A model generated the notes under the pieces. That model did no database searches, was not told where the DNA came from, and saw only the letters and a program-made list of their open reading frames with translations. From contig CAVZQN010000007.1 of assembly GCA_963777505.1 (NCBI GenBank), positions 1 to 64,000 of the forward strand: a stretch of DNA of 64,000 nt, in the 5' to 3' direction. The translations under genes were made by a program, and so were the position numbers. The DNA comes from an uncultured bacterium (GTDB lineage: Bacteria; Acidobacteriota; HRBIN11; JAKEFK01). The stretch's first letter is position 1; the number at the start of each line of letters is the position of its first letter. Positions 51,005-59,256 of the stretch are shown here, in pieces.

Positions 51005-53281
51005 ATGTACTTGACGAGAATACTGCTCGCTATATGTGCTCTGATCTTGTCTTTTCAATCCTCTTTATTCAGCGAGACAGCCGAACTTATCGTTCCACGG
51101 ATCTCTCAACGAATTACGATCGACGATTTTACAGGAATGACTCCGCGAGAAGGGCTTGCAGAAAAACTGGCAGTCATTGAAGGATTCATCCAAACATCGC
51201 CAACAGACGGCGCACCTTCTACACAAAAAACGGTTGTATATCTTGCCTATGACAATGACAACCTCTATGTAGTCTTTCTCTGTTTCGACAAAGAACCTGG
51301 AAAAATTAGCGCGGCGATGACACGCCGTGAAGCTTTTGGTCAAGATGAAGATTGGATTGAAATTTACCTGGATACATACAATGATCAGCGCCGTTCTTAT
51401 TGTTTTTCAGCAAATGCATATGGAATTCAATGGGACTCGCGCTATTCAGAAACCAGCGGTTATTCTGACAACCGCGGGCATCAACCGTCCTTTGATGCAC
51501 TCTGGTATTCGGATGGAAAAATTACTGATCAAGGCTACATCGTTTGGATGGCGCTCCCGTTCAAAAGCATGCGTTTTCCTTCGGGTGATATTCAAAAATG
51601 GAGAACTCTGGTCGGACGGAGTATTCCGAGAAGCAGTGAATATTCTGCCTGGCCGCATAAAAGCCGCGATGTTCAGGGGATTCTGACACAGACTTCATTT
51701 CTGAATGGGCTGGAAGATGTTGCACCTGGAAGAAGCCTTCAGTTTATTCCGTATACAAGTTTCCGATCCTTCCGATTGCTGGATGCGCAGGCTTCGCCCC
51801 CAGCCTTCATTAGCGATCGGAGCGATCCATCAGTAGGGCTGGATACAAAATTGGTTTTAAAGGACTCATACGTTTTGGATTTCGCATTAAATCCTGATTT
51901 CAGCCAGATTGAGTCCGACGAACCTCAAGTTACAGTCAATCAACGCTTTGAAGTTTTCTTCCGCGAGAAGCGTCCATTTTTTCTAGAGAATGCACAATAT
52001 TTCGAAACTCCACTGAATCTTGTTTTCACCCGGCGAATTGCTGATCCACAATTGGGCGGTCGTCTGACTGGAAAGTATGGCCCGTACACAATGGGATTTT
52101 TATTTGCGAATGATGAAGCTCCAGGTAAACAAGAACCGATTGAGAGTCCGATTTATGGCGATGATGCATATTTCGGGATCTTTCGTGTCAGCAGAGATAT
52201 TTTTGGACAATCCTCAATTGGGGCGCTATTTACTACAAGAGATTTTGAAGACGACACTAACAGTGTCGGGGGCGGCGATTTTCGATTGCGTTTAAATGAT
52301 CAGTGGCAGGCAAATGGACAATTCGTTGCGAGCCGTACAGATTTTGATGATGGAAGTAACTTTTCAGGACATGCAATCCGCAGCGAAATTACAAGAACAG
52401 GCAGCCAATTTGGCCTGGACATTCTCTATAACGATCTGTCACCGGAATTTCGAACTTTTACCGGATTCATTCCACGCGTTGATTTTCGAAGTATTGAAGG
52501 AAGCACACACTATTATTTTCGACCGGAAGGTAAATTTCTAATTGCATGGGGACCGGAGATAGGCGCTCTTGAATTATGGGATTACAATGGCACCCGCCTT
52601 GATTCCAGCTTACACCCATCGCTTTATGTGGAGCTGCAACGTCAAACCTACATTAGAATGAATTACTTTCATGATCGCCAGAGACTCCGGCCAGAAGATT
52701 TTATTGAACTATCGGAAGATGTGGATTTCAAAACACCTCAATACCTCTTTAATCTTGAAACCTCTTTCTTGCAAAGAGCTACAATCCGTTTCTCGTACGA
52801 ATTCGGGAAAGAAATCAATTTTGTTCCGCCTGTAGGCCAGACTCCTGACCTGAGTGACTTCAATTCTGCAGATTTGGAATTGATCATGCGGCCGCTTCCG
52901 CGCCTTCAAGTGCGTACAAATTATCTATTCACAGGACTGAAATCACTGGATGACGAAAAGATCTTTGATGATCATATCGTTAGCGTTCGATCAAATTACC
53001 AGTTTACGAAGGAATTTTCCCTCCGGCTGATCCTCCAGTATGAATCGACTCTCGCAAATCCGGCCCTGACGAGTTTAGAGGATAGGCGCAATTTGAATGC
53101 GGATGTTCTTCTTACATACATGGTAAATCCATGGACTGCTTTATACGTCGGATATAACGGCAATCGTCAAAACTTAAGTCTGATCGATGAGATCGGAAGG
53201 CCTGAACTCATTCGTACCGGAAGACTCATTAATGATGCAAATCAGTTCTTTCTAAAATTCTCCTACCTGATCCGCTTGTAG
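51005..53281 (+). CDS. CBM9-like plus DUF5916 outer-membrane protein
   Basis: AYDNDNLY, LDTYND, NPDFSQIESD, EKRPFFLE and FTRRI. C-terminal FFLKFSYL. Confidence 0.85.
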   Translation: MYLTRILLAICALILSFQSSLFSETAELIVPRISQRITIDDFTGMTPREGLAEKLAVIEGFIQTSPTDGAPSTQKTVVYLAYDNDNLYVVFLCFDKEPGKISAAMTRREAFGQDEDWIEIYLDTYNDQRRSYCFSANAYGIQWDSRYSETSGYSDNRGHQPSFDALWYSDGKITDQGYIVWMALPFKSMRFPSGDIQKWRTLVGRSIPRSSEYSAWPHKSRDVQGILTQTSFLNGLEDVAPGRSLQFIPYTSFRSFRLLDAQASPPAFISDRSDPSVGLDTKLVLKDSYVLDFALNPDFSQIESDEPQVTVNQRFEVFFREKRPFFLENAQYFETPLNLVFTRRIADPQLGGRLTGKYGPYTMGFLFANDEAPGKQEPIESPIYGDDAYFGIFRVSRDIFGQSSIGALFTTRDFEDDTNSVGGGDFRLRLNDQWQANGQFVASRTDFDDGSNFSGHAIRSEITRTGSQFGLDILYNDLSPEFRTFTGFIPRVDFRSIEGSTHYYFRPEGKFLIAWGPEIGALELWDYNGTRLDSSLHPSLYVELQRQTYIRMNYFHDRQRLRPEDFIELSEDVDFKTPQYLFNLETSFLQRATIRFSYEFGKEINFVPPVGQTPDLSDFNSADLELIMRPLPRLQVRTNYLFTGLKSLDDEKIFDDHIVSVRSNYQFTKEFSLRLILQYESTLANPALTSLEDRRNLNADVLLTYMVNPWTALYVGYNGNRQNLSLIDEIGRPELIRTGRLINDANQFFLKFSYLIRL

Positions 53282-53362
53282 CTCTTCTTTCGATTGTATG
53301 TAGCCTAAATTACTATACCGCTATTCGTGCTAACGCTTATTTTCTTGTTAAGGTTTGTGTGG

Positions 53363-54508
53363 ATGAATACCCGAACGATCTGGCCCCTTGCAAAGGAAAC
53401 ATTTAAAGAATGGCAGGAAGACAATGCTCTCCGGCTGGGAGCTGCACTTTCCTATTACACGATCTTTTCACTTGCTCCTTTACTAATTATCATCATTGGG
53501 ATTGTCTCTATTGTCTTTGGAAATGATGTGGCACGTACACGAATCATGGAACAAATGCAGGGTCTTATAGGGGAACAAAGTGCCGCCGCTATTGGCGATC
53601 TTCTGAAGTCCCAGGAAGAAAAGACATCCACCGGAATTTTTGCAACGCTTGTTGGAGTGATCACCTTACTGGTTGGCGCTACGGGAGTTGTTGGAGAACT
53701 TCAAAAATCACTTAGCACAATTTGGGAAGCCCCGGAACCAAAAGGAGGGCTAGTCGCTTTGATACGCGAACGGATACTTTCCCTGGCGATGATTTTAGGA
53801 ATTGGTTTTCTCCTTTTAGTTTCTCTGTTGTTATCAGCCGCTTTAACGGCACTCGGCGATTCTTGGGGAACAGCAAAAATACTGGAAAGTATCAATTTCG
53901 TTATCTCACTTGCGGTTATAACTGTTCTATTCGCTGCAATGTTCAAATTCCTTCCTAACGTCAAGATCCCATGGCGAAACGTTTGGATTGGTGCAGCTTT
54001 CACAGCGATATTATTTACAATAGGGAAAACACTGACAGGATTGTACCTCTCCAAAAGCGCAGTCGCATCGGGTTTTGGAGCAGCTGGTTCTCTGGTCATT
54101 ATTCTTGTGTGGGTCTATTACAATTCTCAAATCTTGTTTCTTGGAGCTGAATTCACGCAAGTGTATTCAAAATCTCGCGCAAGAATAAACGATGAAGAAA
54201 TAGAAGGTGAAATTTTGGAGGCTGATACGATGAACAATGTGGAAAAAGGAGTAGACAACAAATCGCCATTGTATAAAGTTGCCTACAAAGCCGGTTACCA
54301 AAGTGCAAAGGCTGATGAGCTTGAAAATAAACTCGAATCCAAGTGGAAACTTGTAAAGTGGGGCTATCGAGTTGTTGATTTCCTGGGTTTTAGAAGATCC
54401 GCAAAATTAGGCTGGAAAGGTTATAAAGCAAAAAAGAAAATCGACAAAGTTACGCAGAAAATAAAGGCAGAACCGCCAGAACAAGATCGTGTTCACAAGA
54501 GTCGTTAA
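53363..54508 (+). CDS. YihY/BrkB family membrane protein with a basic C-terminal extension
   Basis: GAALSYYTIFSLAP, FGAAGSL, WVYY and GAEF. Confidence 0.9.
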   Translation: MNTRTIWPLAKETFKEWQEDNALRLGAALSYYTIFSLAPLLIIIIGIVSIVFGNDVARTRIMEQMQGLIGEQSAAAIGDLLKSQEEKTSTGIFATLVGVITLLVGATGVVGELQKSLSTIWEAPEPKGGLVALIRERILSLAMILGIGFLLLVSLLLSAALTALGDSWGTAKILESINFVISLAVITVLFAAMFKFLPNVKIPWRNVWIGAAFTAILFTIGKTLTGLYLSKSAVASGFGAAGSLVIILVWVYYNSQILFLGAEFTQVYSKSRARINDEEIEGEILEADTMNNVEKGVDNKSPLYKVAYKAGYQSAKADELENKLESKWKLVKWGYRVVDFLGFRRSAKLGWKGYKAKKKIDKVTQKIKAEPPEQDRVHKSR

Positions 54509-54556
54509 TCATTCCGCTCTAGAATAAAAGGGAATCTTTTATATATACTTGTCAGC

Positions 54557-55108
54557 ATGCGACTAGTAACCGCGACCCTTCTAATGTTGTTAGCATTTCA
54601 GATGAGTGCAAGCACGCCGGTTATTCCTCCTAAAATCCGAAATGAAGGCGAAAAGATTCTTGGTTGGGTCAAAGATCCTACCTTATTGGAAGCACTCCAG
54701 AAGCAAAATAAAATGTCAAAAAGCCTTGATGAGATTCAAAAAGTTGATCGTGAGTGGGTGGAAGGTAACATCTCAGAAGATTTCGTTAATTCAAAGCTGC
54801 AAGGTCCCTGCGCAGAAAAGCTGAAAGAATTAGAACGTAAAATTCCGAGTGCATCTGAATCGTTTTTAATGGATGCACAGGGCGGCCTTGTTTGCGCTAC
54901 AAAAAAGACTTCTGATTACTGGCAAGGCGATGAACCAAAATGGAAAGATGCCTTCGAAGGCTCTGAGGACATCGTCTTTGGCGCACGAAACTATGATGAA
55001 AGCACGAAATCCACATTAATGCATATTTCTGCGCCAGTTAGAGAAAATCAGAAAACAATTGGGGTCGTTTCTGTAGGAATTAATCTGACAAAACTTTCAG
55101 AATATTAA
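54557..55108 (+). CDS. stand-alone secreted Cache/PDC sensor-like domain
   Basis: Signal peptide, TSDYWQGDEPKW, YDEST and ISAPV..IGVV.VG. No second TM or output domain. Confidence 0.72.
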   Translation: MRLVTATLLMLLAFQMSASTPVIPPKIRNEGEKILGWVKDPTLLEALQKQNKMSKSLDEIQKVDREWVEGNISEDFVNSKLQGPCAEKLKELERKIPSASESFLMDAQGGLVCATKKTSDYWQGDEPKWKDAFEGSEDIVFGARNYDESTKSTLMHISAPVRENQKTIGVVSVGINLTKLSEY

Positions 55109-55117
55109 GCAGGGCAC

Positions 55118-56017
55118 TTATTTTGTTAGCTTTGAATTTAATTCCGTCAGTGATTCATCTGCAATAATACGAAATACTCGTGGGTTGGCTCCGGCGGGAA
55201 AGTGTTCAGCCAGTAGACTATCGGTAACAATAAACCGCCGGGAAGACAAAGCCCGTTGCCAGTCTTTTCTTCGTGCATCCCGAAGTTCAATCGCTGACGT
55301 ATCGATACCAACAGATATAAGTGTTGTCTTGGCCCAAAGCAAAAACTCAGACCAGCGAGATACGATTGTAATTAATGTATCCGGTTCAGGTTTTGGTTGC
55401 GAGGCAAGTACTTTAGGAACTGAACGCGACCGTAGATAAAAGCATGAAGTTTCAGATGACAAAATTTTTTGTATATCCTCAGCGCTGTCATAGAGTGCGA
55501 CACAAAATGCACCAACGAGATTTTTTGGATCTGCACTTTCTTCAAAGCCTATTCCTTTTACGGGCATCGAGTTTGAATTACGAACTTCGGTAACTAAAAT
55601 TGCCCGCAGTTCTGGATCTGGTTCAATCACAAGAATATGATCCGGAGGCTGCATTGAAAGCCATCGTGCAATTCTGGATTGAATTTCATTTAACGAATAG
55701 CCTTTGTCTCGCATCACTTGAAAAAATGTAGATATCAAGCGATCCAGGTTCAAAGATGAGTCGAGTCTTTGGTCTTCCGTCAGAGCGCGCACATAAAATC
55801 CACTTCCCCGCTTCCATTTAGCCCAACCCCTTTTTACCAATTCTCGATACGCAGCACGAACGGTGTTTGGATGGATATGGAAACGCCTTCCCAGTTCACT
55901 GGTGCTTGGCAGTTGTTCACCTGGTGAGAGATCGGCGCTCACGATTCCAAGGATCAATTGTGTAATTAGTTGTTCTTGAAGAGGTACTTCGCTGCTTTTA
56001 GACAGCCAGATTTTCAT
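55118..56017 (-). CDS. GntR (YtrA-like) transcriptional regulator with a long C-terminal domain
   Basis: PGEQLPSTSEL..IHPNTVRAAYREL..RGSGFYV. Confidence 0.88.
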   Translation of the reverse strand: MKIWLSKSSEVPLQEQLITQLILGIVSADLSPGEQLPSTSELGRRFHIHPNTVRAAYRELVKRGWAKWKRGSGFYVRALTEDQRLDSSLNLDRLISTFFQVMRDKGYSLNEIQSRIARWLSMQPPDHILVIEPDPELRAILVTEVRNSNSMPVKGIGFEESADPKNLVGAFCVALYDSAEDIQKILSSETSCFYLRSRSVPKVLASQPKPEPDTLITIVSRWSEFLLWAKTTLISVGIDTSAIELRDARRKDWQRALSSRRFIVTDSLLAEHFPAGANPRVFRIIADESLTELNSKLTK

Positions 56018-56043
56018 TGCTTCTGTAATTAAAACACAGGTAA

Positions 56044-56087
56044 GTCGTCAATCTGTAATGACGACAAGGCTCATCTCACAATGTGAC
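56044..56087. promoter_or_regulatory. dyad sites in the divergent GntR/desaturase promoter
   Basis: GTCGTCA-N8-TGACGAC and TCACA-A-TGTGA. Confidence 0.4.
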
Positions 56088-56162
56088 AGTTAAGAAACTA
56101 TAACAATGTGTCGATTCTTGAGCATAAGAACCTCGTATATTGCGGTTGAGAGGTAAAACATT

Positions 56163-56972
56163 ATGAGCCTGATTCAATCGTATGAAAGGAACCGTTCAAT
56201 CTTGTTTAGCCGAATCATTATTTCTGCCGTTGTTACCAGCGCAATTGCAACATATTTCTGGCACCCTGCAGGCGCCTTGCTTGTTGTACTGGACTTAATC
56301 ATACGGACGTATTTGCATTTTATTGCAGGTGCGATGGCCCATGAAGGTGTTCACGGACATCTTGGCAATACGAAAAAATCAAATCGTTGGTGGAGTCGCA
56401 TTGCACTAATTCCAACGACAGTTCCGGAAGTTACATTTCGCAAAACACATATCCAGCATCATGCGGCAACAAACATTCCTGATAAAGATCCGGATGAATT
56501 TCTGAATACAAATCACACCTGGCAAATTCCGTTTCGCGCCCTCGCAATGCCGCATCACTGGCTTATGTGGCTTTTAAAGAGAGGACAATTTTCTCGTTCA
56601 GACCGGATCGAGTATGTTCTGACTTATGTTGGGCTAATAGCAATCTACGGCGCGATTGCTTCCGTTGTTGGCGTTCAGCGCGTTCTACTCGGACTGATTC
56701 CTTCAGCCATTTTGCATTCTTTATTCTTGTGGTACTTCTTTGCAATCAAAACACATGAAGGCTATCACCTGGGAATGGCTGCCAGACGCTCTCACAATTA
56801 TTACGGCAAATTAATCTACTGGCTCTCATTCGGACTCTCCATGCATCGTACACATCACATGAAACCACAACTTGCATGGCTACAAATGTCGAGTGAAGTG
56901 GAATCTGGTACATGGACACAACGTCTTCTGTTTCAACGGAGCATCGACCCCTCCGTAAAGAAAATTGCATGA
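56163..56972 (+). CDS. membrane di-iron fatty acid desaturase/hydroxylase family
   Basis: Three His boxes (HEGVH, HIQHH, HRTHH) with TM segments. Confidence 0.88.
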   Translation: MSLIQSYERNRSILFSRIIISAVVTSAIATYFWHPAGALLVVLDLIIRTYLHFIAGAMAHEGVHGHLGNTKKSNRWWSRIALIPTTVPEVTFRKTHIQHHAATNIPDKDPDEFLNTNHTWQIPFRALAMPHHWLMWLLKRGQFSRSDRIEYVLTYVGLIAIYGAIASVVGVQRVLLGLIPSAILHSLFLWYFFAIKTHEGYHLGMAARRSHNYYGKLIYWLSFGLSMHRTHHMKPQLAWLQMSSEVESGTWTQRLLFQRSIDPSVKKIA

Positions 56973-58555
56973 ACCACGAACGGATCAATGACTTTCTGCG
57001 TTTTCTAATCGACTACGCAATAAAGACTTTGGCGCTGATTTTTCGATTTCTGCTGTTCATCAGATTGAACACCTATTCCATCAATCAAGCATGGCTAAGA
57101 CGCAAATATCGAATTGTTGGAGGTACTCCGATTCATGGCTTTGATGAGGAGATTCTGACTTCGATTGAATTACGTTTCGGCAAAATGGGAACTTCCGCTG
57201 CATACGCTTACACATCCGGCTCTACAAGCCATCCAAAGAAAATCGCATACGATGCCAAACGGCTGCGGCGAACCCGAATTGTATTCATTGATGCATTCTT
57301 CAGGTATCTTGCGTTGCTGCCAAATAACTGCACTCTATTCATCTTTTCACCCTTTGAATCAGATGATTCACTCACTGGATTGCTGATGCAAGAATCAGGA
57401 TTGCCCTCCTATGTTTCCGGGCTTCAAGCACCTCACCGCGTCCAGAATCACCCAGCCATTCAAGCATTGGCAAAAGTCTATGGAGATACCGCCGTTCGAT
57501 TTTGGATCCTTACAATCGCAAATCCAGGAATGATTTACGCAACAAACCCATCAACAATCGCGCTATTCCTTAACGAACTCCATGAACAATGGGAAACATC
57601 CAGTGCTTTAATCAAAGACTATGTCAACAATCCAGAAGAATTTTCTGAAACGGTAGGCAAAATTCATTGTCGAATTGCATCGCTTGGATCGAGTGAAAGA
57701 CTCAAGAAAATTGCGTCAAGCCACGAGCCATTAGCCGAAAAAGAATTATTCCCAGGACTGCATGGATTTGCGTGCTGGGACGGTGGGTACGTCAGACCAT
57801 TCATTCAACAAATCCGAAAATATCTTCCCTCCGAACAGTACAAGCATTATCCAATGTATTCGATGTCAACTGAGGTAATTGAAACAATTATGAAACTAAA
57901 CGGCGTTCAGCCTGTTTTTCTTCCGATGGCACCTGGAGTTTGTTACGAATTCATTGATGAACACAACGAAGATATTGTGGCCAATGTTTTGCGTCCTAAC
58001 CAACTGACTCCTGGCCGTCTCTATTCAATGCTTGTCAGTGATGCTTACGGTCTTAAGCGATATCAAACTGAGGATCTCTTTGAGTGTGTTGGTGCTGTTA
58101 GCGGTATTCCTGATCTTCGGTTTGTACGCAGGCGGAATCTATCCTATTCATTCACCGGAGAAAAATTAACGGCCGAACAATTGAGTCTAGCATTCGCAGA
58201 TGTCGAATCCTTTTTTCCTGAATTGTGGAAAAGTGGTTTTTTGACATGCTTTCCAACAATGGCACCACACCAACCTTCTCCATCCTATCGTGTCGTTTTT
58301 GTCTACAACAATGGAAATCTTCCAAAGAATATTGCCAACATCGCTTCTCAAGTGCAAGAAAGACTCAAACATTACAATTACGAATTCAAATCTAAGATTG
58401 AAAGCCGCCGTCTCGGAGAATTAACATTTGAATGCATGCCAATTCGCGAATTTTTTCAGCATCTATGCAACACAAGAGACGCATCCTGTTCGAGATCGCA
58501 GATTAAAACACTGCCTCTCTATACAAAATTATGGGAAAACTTCTGCATACAATGA
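56969..58555 (+). CDS. GH3-family acyl-adenylate/amido synthetase
   Basis: YTSGSTSHPKKI, YSMSTE, YEFI, GLKRYQTEDL and FTGEKLT. ATG 56969 overlaps the desaturase stop. Confidence 0.82.
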   Translation: MNHERINDFLRFLIDYAIKTLALIFRFLLFIRLNTYSINQAWLRRKYRIVGGTPIHGFDEEILTSIELRFGKMGTSAAYAYTSGSTSHPKKIAYDAKRLRRTRIVFIDAFFRYLALLPNNCTLFIFSPFESDDSLTGLLMQESGLPSYVSGLQAPHRVQNHPAIQALAKVYGDTAVRFWILTIANPGMIYATNPSTIALFLNELHEQWETSSALIKDYVNNPEEFSETVGKIHCRIASLGSSERLKKIASSHEPLAEKELFPGLHGFACWDGGYVRPFIQQIRKYLPSEQYKHYPMYSMSTEVIETIMKLNGVQPVFLPMAPGVCYEFIDEHNEDIVANVLRPNQLTPGRLYSMLVSDAYGLKRYQTEDLFECVGAVSGIPDLRFVRRRNLSYSFTGEKLTAEQLSLAFADVESFFPELWKSGFLTCFPTMAPHQPSPSYRVVFVYNNGNLPKNIANIASQVQERLKHYNYEFKSKIESRRLGELTFECMPIREFFQHLCNTRDASCSRSQIKTLPLYTKLWENFCIQ

Positions 58556-59256
58556 GCAGTGACATTAATTTATCTCGTATCAAATTAGTAAGCTGGGATG
58601 TTGATGGAACTTTGTTCTCATATAAAGAGTTAATTCTTCAGCTACTTTCGAGTACATTTCGCAGAATGAATGTAATGGGCCTGAGAAATACGGCAAAATG
58701 TCTCATTGAAATTTTCAGGTTTCATCACAAAGTTGAAGCGCAGCGGCTGAGTAGCGAATGTAGAGTCATTAATACCGAATTGGATCAATATGAAGCTGCG
58801 AAGGCAGATGAAAAAGAAGCAATACGAGTTGGGCTGAGTAAAATTGCGCCTCGATCGGAAGCAATTGCGATGATTGAGCAATTCGCTGCTGCGGCAATTG
58901 TGCAAGTCGCTCTGAGTGATTTTGAATGTGATTACAAATTAGATGCACTCCGCTTAAGTCATCATTTCAAAAAAGCATATGCTTGTGAGCGCATTGGCTA
59001 TTGGAAGCCATCACCGATTCCTCTTGCACAAATTCAGCGCGATTTCGGAATTGATCCCCAAGAGCATCTTCATATTGGTGATCGATCGTCAACAGATGGT
59101 CTGGCATGTGCGCGGAATGGCTGCCACTTTCTATCTGTGAAACATCTAATAACTCAGCGCCTCGGTAACGGTAGGGGCGGCCCTTCAATTTTTGTTCACC
59201 CAAACGGGCGACCACAAGGGTCGCCCCTACCCCGATCCATATCGAGAGCATATTGA
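58552..59256 (+). CDS. HAD-family hydrolase
   Basis: WDVDGTL, LSD, WKPSP and HIGDR..TDG. ATG 58552 overlaps the GH3 stop. Confidence 0.85.
   Translation: MSSDINLSRIKLVSWDVDGTLFSYKELILQLLSSTFRRMNVMGLRNTAKCLIEIFRFHHKVEAQRLSSECRVINTELDQYEAAKADEKEAIRVGLSKIAPRSEAIAMIEQFAAAAIVQVALSDFECDYKLDALRLSHHFKKAYACERIGYWKPSPIPLAQIQRDFGIDPQEHLHIGDRSSTDGLACARNGCHFLSVKHLITQRLGNGRGGPSIFVHPNGRPQGSPLPRSISRAY
59171..59230. repeat. GTAG-type REP doublet inside two overlapping 3' ends
   Basis: GTAGGGGCGGCCCTT (truncated arm) ... GGGCGACCACAAGGGTCGCCCCTAC. Confidence 0.8.

Noticed and set aside
1760-58555. Jasmonate-like pathway linking the AOC/dirigent-like gene with the desaturase and GH3
   Set aside because: The genes are about 54 kb apart, the AOC-like call is fold-level only, the protein is secreted, and no lipoxygenase is present.
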